Source: a virus
IMG/VR virus record: IMGVR_UViG_3300016667_000726
Location: 82,083 to 123,674 of that record
Length of the DNA stretch: 41,592 bases
Reading direction: 5' to 3' (one strand)
Part shown: piece by piece, positions 9,430 through 18,815 of the stretch
Position numbering within the stretch: the stretch's first letter is position 1
Layout of the letters: each line of letters begins with the position of its first letter
The notes under the pieces: generated by a model
Database searches by the model: none
Told to the model about the DNA's origin: nothing
What the model saw: the letters and a program-made list of their open reading frames with translations, nothing else
Made by a program: the position numbers and the translations under genes

Positions 9430-10023
9430 TCAGGCGGCGGCCTGCACAGGACCTTCCGCGACCGGAGCGCCAGCGGCCTTCAGTCGGGTGAAGATGACGT
9501 CGTCGGACAGCCCAGCCCTGCGCGCGATGTCGATGTACTGACTGGCGCGAGCGATATCCCACCGCTCGTTGGCGGGGAGGTTGCCCGAGCGCCGAACGGC
9601 ATTCGCGGCGACGTACTGAATGGTGAGCTTGGTGCCGACCATGACGATCGCCGAGACGATCATCACGGGGATCGCGTACTTGGCCGGGAGCCTCGACCCG
9701 GCCAGCTTCACGATGCCGAGGCCAATGCCAGCACCAGCGGCGGCGGGGACCAGCAACTCCCCAATGTAGCCGGAAACAACGTCGAAGCCGCTGAGGCCGG
9801 TGTCCAGCCCAGAGGCGAACCCCGACCCTGGGGTCTTGACCAGCTGGGTGGGCTGCGTGGACGGCTGCGTGGACGGGACGGCGGGATTGTTGTTGTTGTT
9901 CATGGTTTCCTCTGAGATATTGATTGGATTGTTGTTGTTGCGGGGTGCCGGGGACTTCCCACGGCGCCCCCGGTGGGCCTCGACGTTGATTGCGTCAAGG
10001 CCCTGCATCGGGTTTTCGGACAA
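9430..10023 (-). CDS. Hypothetical membrane protein (two hydrophobic helices, N/P/Q-rich N-terminus)
   Basis: GGAGGTG precedes an in-frame TTG at 10023; a second candidate start is ATG 9903 (GAGGA). Hydrophobic LLVPAAAGAGIGLGIV and YAIPVMIVSAIVMVG segments. Confidence 0.65.
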   Translation of the reverse strand: MSENPMQGLDAINVEAHRGRRGKSPAPRNNNNPINISEETMNNNNNPAVPSTQPSTQPTQLVKTPGSGFASGLDTGLSGFDVVSGYIGELLVPAAAGAGIGLGIVKLAGSRLPAKYAIPVMIVSAIVMVGTKLTIQYVAANAVRRSGNLPANERWDIARASQYIDIARRAGLSDDVIFTRLKAAGAPVAEGPVQAAA

Positions 10024-10051
10024 TGAGCACCTCCATTGGTTACTCACTATC

Positions 10052-10081
10052 CTTATACCAGGTACAACCTTATTTTTTACG
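10052..10081 (-). promoter_or_regulatory. Putative phage promoter motif, copy 3
   Basis: Minus strand CGTAAAAAATAAGGTTGTACCTGGTATAAG, then GGAGGTG. Confidence 0.6.
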
Positions 10082-10777
10082 ACGTAGGATCCCCTCAATC
10101 AAATCACCGATTGAGGATGGGATCGAATACTCACGGTACTTGTCCAGCGTTGGATCTAGACTTCCGGATGTCTCTGCGAAGATGACTGCGGACGTCCTCA
10201 GCCTTCTGCGAGACTCAGCTAGTTGCTTATGCAGTGATTGTAGCTCAAGGGAGGCGGCGTATCCCTTGTTACCGACAACCCATGCGCTCATGGCAGTGAC
10301 CAGCCTTAGGAATGGTACCCAAGGCTTTCGATCCCCAGTGACCTCCGCGATCACTTGCAGGTCCTCCTCAGACAACCTTAGGAAGATCTCTACCCATGGG
10401 GCTATCTCAGCTTCAGTCCAAGCTCCGGCGCGTACTTGCTCTAGGCAGAGAACGTAGAGATTCTCGCCATACTCTCTTGTGACGTGGAGAGGATTGTCTT
10501 TTACATCCAGGACTCTGAGCAAGACTTCTACGGTAGACTGGAGCCTTCGTACCTGTCCGCGGAGGGACGCAAATTCCTCGCGACCTACGACGACCCGGTT
10601 ACCTTCTGCTCTAGCAACTCGTAGCTCCTCTACTTCTGCGGGGTCTAGGTATTTTCTCCTGTCCCGCTCTTTCTTGATTACGGTTAGATGTCCTGTGCGG
10701 ATAGAGTTCCGCACGGTCTTTGTGGTCACTCCCAGATGCTGCGCGGCATCCTCAATCGTATAAAGCGACTCAGCCAT
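10070..10777 (-). CDS. HTH DNA-binding protein (excisionase/MerR-like N-terminal HTH plus coiled coil)
   Basis: LYTIEDAAQHLGVTTKTVRNSIRTGHL; AAGGGG RBS favours ATG 10777. Confidence 0.8.
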   Translation of the reverse strand: MAESLYTIEDAAQHLGVTTKTVRNSIRTGHLTVIKKERDRRKYLDPAEVEELRVARAEGNRVVVGREEFASLRGQVRRLQSTVEVLLRVLDVKDNPLHVTREYGENLYVLCLEQVRAGAWTEAEIAPWVEIFLRLSEEDLQVIAEVTGDRKPWVPFLRLVTAMSAWVVGNKGYAASLELQSLHKQLAESRRRLRTSAVIFAETSGSLDPTLDKYREYSIPSSIGDLIEGILRRKK

Positions 10778-10861
10778 TATGTTCCCCTTGCGGCACACCT
10801 GCTCCTAGGCGGATAGTCAGCATCTATCCACTTGGGTATACTCCCCTTCGTGAGGGTAGCC

Positions 10862-11758
10862 ATGAGCTTTACGCGTTCCATCACTGATCAAGATCTTCGC
10901 GAGGCTGCCAAGAGCGCGAGCTCCGCATACCTCCAAGGTGGCTCGGATCTCACTGATGCGGTGGTAAAGGCTGCATCTGGGATCCCGTCAACGCTCACGG
11001 ACGAGCACGTCAAGCGTCTTTGTGAGATGACCTACCACGAGACGTACGAGCGCATGTTTAGAAACGAAACCGGTTCTGATCGACTGGTGTCCTTCGACCC
11101 TCCCAATGCCAAGGAGGCGTCGGCCCGCCTACGTGTTGAGAAGGTTGCGTCTGCCTCTGCGCGTCTACGCACAGCTGGCTCAGCGGGGGAATCCGACAAG
11201 ACTGCCTCAGCCGTCGCAGCGATCCGCCTGCCCCGGCAGTTCTCACCGACAAACATGTTCGATGAGAAGACCGCAAGTCTTGCTTCGGACTCCGGCATCC
11301 CGTGGAATGACGCCTACGCTGAGGCGCGGTTGCTGGAGAAGACGCTGCGGCAACAGATCGAGCAGCTGAAGACCGCGTCTGCCTCAAACCAGACTGGCGC
11401 GCAAGACGTGCTCCTTGAGCTTATGGATCATGTCCAGCACGCTACCTTCGATGGAGCTACTGCGGGGCAGATCCTTGAGCTAGCCATGGAGGGCGCGGCC
11501 GAGCAGGAGATCCCTGAGATCTACGTGCAGAAGATGGCCTCGCTACTTACTGATGGCATGAGACATCGCAAAATTTCTCTTGAGGGCAAGGTGGCATCCG
11601 CTGGGATCCCCAATCTCAAGCATCCCATCGCAGTGCTTGGTGCCAAGCTGGCCTCCCATCTTTACGAGAAGGCAGCGGCCGATGAGGCGCTGGTAGATAT
11701 TCGTGCGGCACGCATGGCTCTGACTGGCGCGGGGGGACTTCATGCGGCGAGGGTTTGA
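10862..11758 (+). CDS. Putative prohead core/scaffold-like protein, very rich in K-x-A-S
   Basis: First gene of the head unit; KSAS, KAAS, KVAS, KTAS x3, KMAS, KVAS, KLAS, KAAA in about 298 aa. Function inferred from position. Confidence 0.6.
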   Translation: MSFTRSITDQDLREAAKSASSAYLQGGSDLTDAVVKAASGIPSTLTDEHVKRLCEMTYHETYERMFRNETGSDRLVSFDPPNAKEASARLRVEKVASASARLRTAGSAGESDKTASAVAAIRLPRQFSPTNMFDEKTASLASDSGIPWNDAYAEARLLEKTLRQQIEQLKTASASNQTGAQDVLLELMDHVQHATFDGATAGQILELAMEGAAEQEIPEIYVQKMASLLTDGMRHRKISLEGKVASAGIPNLKHPIAVLGAKLASHLYEKAAADEALVDIRAARMALTGAGGLHAARV

Positions 11759-12053
11759 GCCCATGCTAATCAAGGCTGCCTCTCTCTACGTCTGCGGAGA
11801 TATGGAGAAGCAAGCACTCATTGGCAATATCTCAAACGCTGGGCGTGCCGTTGGAGCGCTCCTCTCCTCTGGCGCATCTAGGGGAGCTGATCTCCTAGGA
11901 AAGGGAGCCAAGGTAATTGGATCCTCTCCCCAGTTTGCAGGTCGCACGTTAGGTGCTGCTATGGTTGTCAGTAGCTTGCCCCAGGCGGCGGCCAGGGCCG
12001 GGAACGTATACCGAGCCACTAAGAATGAGTACAACGATCAGGGAGGCTACTGA
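11742..12053 (+). CDS. Small hypothetical protein with LIKAAS leader
   Basis: FEPMLIKAAS...EKQA followed by a G/A-rich amphipathic segment; start may be ATG 11763. Confidence 0.6.
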   Translation: MRRGFEPMLIKAASLYVCGDMEKQALIGNISNAGRAVGALLSSGASRGADLLGKGAKVIGSSPQFAGRTLGAAMVVSSLPQAAARAGNVYRATKNEYNDQGGY

Positions 12054-12805
12054 TGCTTCGGACTACCGCATACCAAGCCGCAGCTAGCGGAGAGATCTCT
12101 TCGGGCACGTTGGCTCACCTAGAGAAGGTTGCAGCAGCCCAGACGCTTAGCTTCTCAGAGCTGGTCGATCGGCTTGAGTACGAGCGCATGCCTCAGGCAG
12201 ATAGGGAGACATCATCGCTCAAAACTGCTGCGTCTGCTATCCAAAAGAGCGCAGCAGCCCCCGCTATGAGCTCAGATGTGAAGAACATGCTGATCGGAGG
12301 AGGAATCGCCACTGCGGCTCCGTTGGTTGCTGGGGCTCTCTACTCCGGAAGCAAGGCCCTGCATGGTAAGGTTACGGAAAAGCGTGACCTCAAACGAATT
12401 ATGCAGGTCCACCCCGGACTTGCCCAGTACACTCCACAAGACATCCAACTCGCCTTCAAGTCTGTAAGGCGTTTCGCCCCCGAGATTACTCGGGATCCAC
12501 TAGCAGGAGGTAATGCCCTAGGCACTATCCTCCGTGCGAGGGATCCGATGACCCCCGGGGGAGCTCCAGAGTTGTCCGGTGCAAATATTGCTGAGTCCTT
12601 CAGCCGTGCGCGTCAGCAAAGAGATCCAGCTATTGACGCGGTCATGGGCTCTGTGACTGGTGGCGTTGGGGCTGCCCAGCGCATCCGCGATGCTTCCCAG
12701 GAATTTGCAAGGCGCCTGGAGCTTCAGCAGCAACAGGCAGACCTCAAGCACGGCAAGGACATGCTTCTTGAGGCCGAGAAGGATCGCCTACGGCGGATCC
12801 CCTGA
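12053..12805 (+). CDS. Hypothetical head-associated protein with a hydrophobic segment
   Basis: KVAA, KTAA, KSAA followed by LIGGGIATAAPLVAGALY. Confidence 0.65.
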   Translation: MLRTTAYQAAASGEISSGTLAHLEKVAAAQTLSFSELVDRLEYERMPQADRETSSLKTAASAIQKSAAAPAMSSDVKNMLIGGGIATAAPLVAGALYSGSKALHGKVTEKRDLKRIMQVHPGLAQYTPQDIQLAFKSVRRFAPEITRDPLAGGNALGTILRARDPMTPGGAPELSGANIAESFSRARQQRDPAIDAVMGSVTGGVGAAQRIRDASQEFARRLELQQQQADLKHGKDMLLEAEKDRLRRIP

Positions 12806-14607
12806 TGGAGAAATACGCACTCTTCCGTGGTACCCAGGCCACTGGGGCACCCAACGTCCACCTGATCGAGCCTGGGTCTATGTATGGCCTGGGCTCGACG
12901 GCTGACCTTTGTAAGACTGCGTCCAAGGAACACCTACCAGAAGTCATGGAGCTCGTAGAGAGTCTCCAACCGCAGCCAGACCGCCTGTACCTTTTGAACT
13001 CTGCACTTGGCGCAGGTGAGCATGTTGGCTTCAACATGCGCGGCGACTGGTTCACGGAGAAGGGTCTTCTCCATACTCCCGAGGGCTGGGACAAGATTGC
13101 CGTTTGGGACATTGACGGCAGACGTCAGGCGGCCAACCAAACTGAGCATATTGATGGCTGGGGTAACCTCGCATGGGGCTTCCCCACGTTCATGAATGCC
13201 CATCGTTTCCGGCACCATGTGAACAAGGATCCTAATCGAGCCTATGGCTATGTCCTAGGGGCGTTCTGGGATCCCCGTATGCACAGAGTCGTTCTGGTCA
13301 CGGAGCTGATCCGCTCTCTATGTGAGCAGCTTGGCGCTCTGCACATCTACGACCGGATTGCCAACGGCGAGTTCCCCGATACGTCTATGGGCGCCAAGGT
13401 TCCGTACGATCGCTGTTCGATCTGCGGACATATCGCGAGGACTCCAGCTGAGTACTGCATGCACGTAAAGGCCGGAGCCCCGGCACCCTACGGCATGAAC
13501 GCTCTGTTGCCGGATGGACGTAGGTGCGGCGTATACAACGACTACCCGCGTTTCTTCGATGACAGCCTGGTCTTTGTGGGGGCAGAGCGTTCCGCCAAGA
13601 TCATGACGAACCTCACGGACCAAGTCAGTGGGGACAAGCCGTACAGCCAGAAGATCTACTCCTTCGGATCTGGCATGAAGGTGGCTGCTGCTCCAATGCG
13701 GCCAACCGAGAATGCCCCGGCGGACGGAGTTACCGCGACAGCAGATTCGCAGCCCCCGATGGCTACGGATCGCCCGCTCTCCCGTTTGGCTATTGCTATT
13801 CGTAGGGCGCAGCAGGAGCGCAACCCTAAGGACGGCGGTGACTCCGCAGATCGCCTCACCCAGGTTCTAGACCGTGTGCGGCCCTCGGATACTAGTGAGG
13901 AGAAGGAGATCCTGAAGCTCCTTTCAAAGAAGCCTGGCCAAGCAAAGAGCGCCTCGCTGAAGTGGGCTGAGATCCTGAAGCGGATCCCTTCTCCTGGTCC
14001 CGGTGAGCGAGCGATTGTTGCAGCGTATGAACGCAGGACTAAGACGATCCCGGAAGAGCAGCTCATCGCTCTCGCTACAGACCCGCACTCGGCGATGATG
14101 AAGGGAGCAGAGCTAGGTATCGTCTTCACCCCGGAAGAGTTCCAGTACATTACTCTGTACGGGGTTGCCCCAAAGACGGCGTCAGCGCTGCACCGTGCCA
14201 ACTTGGTATTCGCGCCTGCTCCGATCAATGAGTCTGCGTCCGTGGACTTCCGGGTTCACGCAAAGACAGCTGCGGCGCCTGAGACGCTACAGGCTCTAAA
14301 TGATATGTTCTGGGAGAGGTCATTCGCCCCAGTAGCTGTGCTGGGACGTATCGACGCAGACTACTCCAGGAGCACAATCTACAAGGCAGCTACTGCCGTA
14401 GAGTTTCCGGGCTCGGATGTGCTTGCTGAGTTCTACAACGATTACCGAGGGGGTCTCTTGGCGCAGCCGCCTAATTGGCGGTATGTTACTGGCGGACAAC
14501 GGGCATTGCCAAGTCTGACGACAGAGGCGAAGTTGGCCAGCACAGCGCAAGGCGTCTCACAGGGACTTCTCCTCCTTGCATTTTGGCCGTCCCTCTCAAT
14601 AGGATAA
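12805..14607 (+). CDS. Putative prohead (capsid maturation) serine protease with zinc-finger insert
   Basis: FRHHVN...YGYVL, G-x3-DTSMG followed by CSICG..C-x-H, then F-x-DDSLV-x2-GA. This matches the His/Ser layout of caudoviral prohead proteases. Lies upstream of scaffold-like and capsid genes. Confidence 0.65.
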   Translation: MEKYALFRGTQATGAPNVHLIEPGSMYGLGSTADLCKTASKEHLPEVMELVESLQPQPDRLYLLNSALGAGEHVGFNMRGDWFTEKGLLHTPEGWDKIAVWDIDGRRQAANQTEHIDGWGNLAWGFPTFMNAHRFRHHVNKDPNRAYGYVLGAFWDPRMHRVVLVTELIRSLCEQLGALHIYDRIANGEFPDTSMGAKVPYDRCSICGHIARTPAEYCMHVKAGAPAPYGMNALLPDGRRCGVYNDYPRFFDDSLVFVGAERSAKIMTNLTDQVSGDKPYSQKIYSFGSGMKVAAAPMRPTENAPADGVTATADSQPPMATDRPLSRLAIAIRRAQQERNPKDGGDSADRLTQVLDRVRPSDTSEEKEILKLLSKKPGQAKSASLKWAEILKRIPSPGPGERAIVAAYERRTKTIPEEQLIALATDPHSAMMKGAELGIVFTPEEFQYITLYGVAPKTASALHRANLVFAPAPINESASVDFRVHAKTAAAPETLQALNDMFWERSFAPVAVLGRIDADYSRSTIYKAATAVEFPGSDVLAEFYNDYRGGLLAQPPNWRYVTGGQRALPSLTTEAKLASTAQGVSQGLLLLAFWPSLSIG

Positions 14608-14677
14608 GGCAGTCTCATGTCACCCAGGCCGAGGGATCTTCGGATCTCGACGAAGCCCTCCACAGTCCAGATCACAA

Positions 14678-15571
14678 ATGGAGTCCCTGATGTCGTACCA
14701 GAATACCGTGGATGAGCAGGCCGCTCTCGAGCTCTTCGCCAAGCAGGCGAGCGCCGAGGGTATCGACCTTGAGCAGCTCGATGACGAGCAGGTCGAGGCC
14801 GCCTTTGCCCACTTCGTCGAGAACATCCTTCCTGAGATGTTCGAGGGCGAGAAGGAAGCTGAGGCCGAGGAAGTTGAGGATACCCTCGAGAGCAAGATTG
14901 CCGCCGCGCAGAACGCCATCGCGTTCGACGCCTTCGTCAAGGCCGCAGCTGCTGAGGGCGTTGACCTCAACGATCTGAGCGAGGATGACGTTGCCGAGCT
15001 CTTCGGCGCGTGGCTCGTTCAGGACGTCCCGGCTCTCTTCGAGGAGCAGGCCAAGGAGGCAGAGCTGCTCGAGTACGCCAAGATCGCCGAGGCTAACCTA
15101 TCCGAGATGACCGTCATGGGTCAGCATCTCGGCGAGGTTGCCGCCGATGCGTTCCTTGCAAAGATCGCCGCCGGAGAGGATGCTGCCCCCGGCATGGCTC
15201 GCAGGGCCTTGGATACCCTGAAGGGTGGGGCTCGTCGTACCGGTGAGCTGCTCACTGCCAAGAACGTGCGGGGCGACGTCCAGCGACACATGGAAGCCAC
15301 AGGCAAGGGCCGCGTAGGCGCCTACGCGGACATCCTCCGTGGTGGCATGTCGGAGTCCAGCCCCATGGCCCGCACCGAGGCTCTGAAGTCTCTCGGTACT
15401 CAGGCCGGTGCTCTAGGTCTCGCGAGCCTAGGCACGTATGGCGCCTACAAGGGTATCAAGGCCTCGAAGGCGCGCAAGGCCGCCCGTATGGCCGAGGGCT
15501 CTAAGTCCGCCTCTGCAATCGACGAGCGCGTCCTTGAGATCCTTGCCGCGCACGGCCTGATCGAGGGCTGA
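14678..15571 (+). CDS. Acidic scaffold-like protein with internal repeat and basic/hydrophobic insert
   Basis: Two copies of F-x-K-x-A-x-AEG[IV]DL-x2-L-x-[DE][DE]-x-V...P-x-[ML]FE; eight K-x-A sites; start may be ATG 14690. Confidence 0.65.
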   Translation: MESLMSYQNTVDEQAALELFAKQASAEGIDLEQLDDEQVEAAFAHFVENILPEMFEGEKEAEAEEVEDTLESKIAAAQNAIAFDAFVKAAAAEGVDLNDLSEDDVAELFGAWLVQDVPALFEEQAKEAELLEYAKIAEANLSEMTVMGQHLGEVAADAFLAKIAAGEDAAPGMARRALDTLKGGARRTGELLTAKNVRGDVQRHMEATGKGRVGAYADILRGGMSESSPMARTEALKSLGTQAGALGLASLGTYGAYKGIKASKARKAARMAEGSKSASAIDERVLEILAAHGLIEG

Positions 15572-15578
15572 GCAACCC

Positions 15579-15893
15579 ATGAGCCCCCTGCATCCAGCTT
15601 TGATTGCTGCTGCTAGTCAGCACGTCGCCAAGTTGGCGCAGGGGGCACTCATGCCCATGGCAACTACGACTACGAGCCCTATGCGCTCATCAATGCCTTC
15701 AGTAACCAGCGCCCCGCGCGCTCCAGTTAGCCCCGGACATCAGGTGGCCTCGGGAACCCCAACTCCCGCTACCTCCAGTCCGGCGATACAAAGTAGCCCT
15801 GTTTCACCTCCGATGGGCACTCCACCCGGACGAAACAAGGTACTCTCCGCAGGTCCTACGCCTGCTCCCATGCCACTTCCAGTTTTGCGTTGA
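15579..15893 (+). CDS. Pro/Ser/Thr-rich disordered protein with PLHPALIAAAS leader
   Basis: Fills the gap between neighbours; leader shared with other genes. Confidence 0.55.
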   Translation: MSPLHPALIAAASQHVAKLAQGALMPMATTTTSPMRSSMPSVTSAPRAPVSPGHQVASGTPTPATSSPAIQSSPVSPPMGTPPGRNKVLSAGPTPAPMPLPVLR

Positions 15894-15903
15894 GAGGTCC
15901 ACC

Positions 15904-17592
15904 ATGAGCCGCTGGCAAAGCCACATCGATCAGATCCTCGGAGATGCTCGCGCCCGTGCGGCCGGGCAGGACTCTGCCAACAAGACTGCCTCCGCCCCGG
16001 GCGTCCTAGACGCGGCGAAAGAAGCAGCCGACGCGTTGGACTTTGTCGCGCATCAGGACCCGGGCACGGGTGCTTCTCTGCGGCAGTTCTTCGTTGAGAA
16101 GGCCGCGCTTGCTCCAGCGGTGTCGCCCACAATGACGACCGGAGAGCAGGCTGAGCCTCCCCGCAAGACGGGCAAGCCCGCGGCCTCTCCCTCCGGCGGT
16201 TCTCGTCCGGCTGTCACCGGAGCTCCCGCCGGTCAGATGCCCGTAATGCCCATCAGCCAGGAAGGCGGCGGACTCGTTGCCAAGAAGGCTACGGCCGCTG
16301 GTGCGGGTATGTCTCCTCCTGCTCAGCACGGCATGGGTTGGAGCCCGATCGCCCGTGGTCCTCAGGATGACCCGCAGTCCTGGTCCCCCGGCCAGTGGAC
16401 TCCGGCGAACGCCAAGGTCGCTTCTCAGGCCGAGGGCACAACGCTGTTCGACATCGTCATGCAGGGCCGCACGGCCTCCAAGGAAGCAGCGGCAGCGGGC
16501 GGCGACCCCTCCGAGGCAGGGTCTAGCGGACTAGGCCGCTCAATCAAGAGAGTAGCCAAGGGAACTGCCGCAGGGGCGGTTCTGGGCGGCCTTGGGGGAG
16601 CAGCCCATGGGGCACTTGGTTCTGGAACTCCTCAGGAGCGCGCCACCCGCGCGTTGATGCACGGGCTTGGTGGGGCCGCAGGGGGATCACTAGCCGGTGG
16701 GCAAGTTGGGACTTTTTATGATGCGGTGAAGAAGTACACGCCTGCTAAGGGTACTTCAGAGCCCGCTCCCGGCCATGGCCGTAGTGAGCAGGTAGGACTG
16801 TCAGGGCTGAAGAAGGACCTTCTCGGGACTGTTGGCGGAACACTAGGAGGCTCTGCCTTGGGGGCCCTGGCCGGAGGTGCTGCGGGACATGCGCTGGGCG
16901 TGGGGGCCTCGCCCGGAGCGATGATGGGAGGTGTCCTAGGAGCTGCTGGCGGGGGTGCCACAGGAGCCCTTGCACGCCTTGGCGCCCGGTACAAGGAGGC
17001 TCCTGTCGCGAAGAAGGAGGCCGCCTCAAAGGAGGACTTGGACGCAGCAAAGAATAAGGCCCGCGCCGCTATGGTTCTCCATGGGCTGAGTCACTTTGGG
17101 CCGGGTCCTCTTGCCGGAATTCCTGCGGGATACGTCCAACGCAATGCACTTCTTCGTGCGGGGATCGATCCTAAGGGGGGAGGAGAGGGGACGTTTGGGG
17201 CACAGCACCCAATTCTCTCGGGCCTGCTGCCTGTTGCTGGGACCATTAGTGCCTACAACGCCAGTGAGCGTATTGGTAGGACGAAGCCCTCTCGCAGCTC
17301 CTCTGAGAAGAAGGCCATGAGCCCTGCACAGTACGTCGGTGGCCAGGATAGCGGCGCTGCTCCCTCGGCCAACGAGGGTTCTCTCACCCGCTTCCTCTCC
17401 AGCAATGAGGCTGCGGTTGGGTACACCAAGCGCGACGCGAAGCTCCCGACCCGCGCCCGTATCAAGGAGGTCTTCCAGAATGTGGACGATCCCGCGAACG
17501 GAGAGGCGGCTCGCGCAGCCTTCCCGACCGCGTCCGCTCGGGGCGGCCTGAAGGTAGCTTCTCTTAGGGAATTCCTAGAGAATCCCTCCTGA
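15904..17592 (+). CDS. Modular K-x-A protein with several glycine-zipper segments
   Basis: GAGG RBS; at least nine K-x-A sites; GxxxG arrays; ends KVASLREFLENPS. Confidence 0.7.
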   Translation: MSRWQSHIDQILGDARARAAGQDSANKTASAPGVLDAAKEAADALDFVAHQDPGTGASLRQFFVEKAALAPAVSPTMTTGEQAEPPRKTGKPAASPSGGSRPAVTGAPAGQMPVMPISQEGGGLVAKKATAAGAGMSPPAQHGMGWSPIARGPQDDPQSWSPGQWTPANAKVASQAEGTTLFDIVMQGRTASKEAAAAGGDPSEAGSSGLGRSIKRVAKGTAAGAVLGGLGGAAHGALGSGTPQERATRALMHGLGGAAGGSLAGGQVGTFYDAVKKYTPAKGTSEPAPGHGRSEQVGLSGLKKDLLGTVGGTLGGSALGALAGGAAGHALGVGASPGAMMGGVLGAAGGGATGALARLGARYKEAPVAKKEAASKEDLDAAKNKARAAMVLHGLSHFGPGPLAGIPAGYVQRNALLRAGIDPKGGGEGTFGAQHPILSGLLPVAGTISAYNASERIGRTKPSRSSSEKKAMSPAQYVGGQDSGAAPSANEGSLTRFLSSNEAAVGYTKRDAKLPTRARIKEVFQNVDDPANGEAARAAFPTASARGGLKVASLREFLENPS

Positions 17593-17619
17593 GCCTAGGA
17601 CATTAATCCTGGAGTTGCC

Positions 17620-18390
17620 ATGGCCCTGCCTCCTCTACTAACGCAGTCTCTTCTTCACGGAGCCACCGGGGCGGCCGTGGGGGGTACTGTTGGGGCTGCT
17701 CTTGGTGCTGCTACGGCTAGGTCGGGGCAGAGAAGGGAGGAAGCTAAGCGGTGGGGGAAGCGCGGCCTAATTGCCGGAGGGCTTGGTGGACTTGTGTCTC
17801 CCTCCCTCCGGGCAGGTAAGGCATTCTTGGTTGGCAAGGCAGTCCACAAGGCCGAGCATGAGTTGGCTCCTATGTACTCTAGGATTCGCGCGAGTGTCGA
17901 TCTCAATGACCCGGAGGTCGTGACTCTCCAAGACCGCATCATCCCGCCGATGCAGCGTAAACTTGATGTTCTTAAGAAAGAACATCAGGCACTTCTATCT
18001 CCGGTTCCTGCTCTTGAGGTAGTACGCCAGGGCACTATCGGAGGTGGCGTCGGCGCCTCCGTGCCCCTAGCGGTATCCCGCATCTCCGACTTCTTGAAGG
18101 CTAGGTTGAGCTCCCGCTCTGCCTCGCCTCCCTCAACTAGTGCTACTGCGGTAACTCCCGAGGAGAAGACAGCATCTCGCATGTTGACTTCTCGTGGTCA
18201 TTCACCTGCGCGTGTTACACTAGGAAAGTACGCAAATGATCCTCTAGCTCCTGATAAGGGTGAGCCGCTCCAGTACGAGACTGCGCAGGACCGTAAGGCC
18301 CGTCGAGTTGCAGAACTACTGAAGAAGTCCATGCCGACAGGAACCGCCGAAGGATCTGCCTCTCCCACACCCAAGCGAGGAACCCCATGA
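17620..18390 (+). CDS. Glycine-zipper membrane protein
   Basis: GGAG RBS; GATGAAVGGTVGAALG and GLIAGGLGGLV; late EKTAS. Confidence 0.6.
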   Translation: MALPPLLTQSLLHGATGAAVGGTVGAALGAATARSGQRREEAKRWGKRGLIAGGLGGLVSPSLRAGKAFLVGKAVHKAEHELAPMYSRIRASVDLNDPEVVTLQDRIIPPMQRKLDVLKKEHQALLSPVPALEVVRQGTIGGGVGASVPLAVSRISDFLKARLSSRSASPPSTSATAVTPEEKTASRMLTSRGHSPARVTLGKYANDPLAPDKGEPLQYETAQDRKARRVAELLKKSMPTGTAEGSASPTPKRGTP

Positions 18391-18773
18391 CCCCCACTAA
18401 TGTGCCGGATCCGGCAATCCGCGCTGCGGTCGAGAAGAGAGCTTCGGATACTCTTCGCAGCGTCATCGCGTACGCCCAGCAGCTCGAGGCGGAAGTCGCC
18501 AACCTTCGCGAGAAGGTGGCCAGCTTCGAGCATCGCGACCGCGTTGTTGGCATCGTGGACACCATGGAGGAGAAGGGTCTGCTTCCGGGCATGACTCGCT
18601 CCGAAAAGATTGCCCACGTTGCAAACGTCGATGACATCGATGTACTTACCCGCGCAGTCGATCTAGCTGGCGGGAATGGAACAAAGATCGCGGAGCTTGC
18701 TCGCGTCCCAGATCGGGGTGCTAGCGGCGAAGATGCGTTCCTCCACTTCTGCCTCACTGGTGAGAGCCCCTGA
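18387..18773 (+). CDS. Small coiled-coil, scaffold-like protein
   Basis: Heptad stretch AQQLEAEVANLREK; KRAS, KVAS, KIAH, KIAE; two genes upstream of the capsid gene. Confidence 0.6.
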   Translation: MTPTNVPDPAIRAAVEKRASDTLRSVIAYAQQLEAEVANLREKVASFEHRDRVVGIVDTMEEKGLLPGMTRSEKIAHVANVDDIDVLTRAVDLAGGNGTKIAELARVPDRGASGEDAFLHFCLTGESP

Positions 18774-18815
18774 CCAGTAGTGTAGACTGTCCTCACTCAC
18801 CTAGGAGTTTCCGCC

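Noticed and set aside
10070-10777. HTH protein as an excisionase indicating a prophage
   Set aside because: No integrase, att site or host genes in the window, and the protein is much longer than a typical Xis.
10840-18800. Possible late promoters (TATACT near 10847, TAGACT near 18783)
   Set aside because: Generic TANNNT hexamers with too few consistent copies to support.
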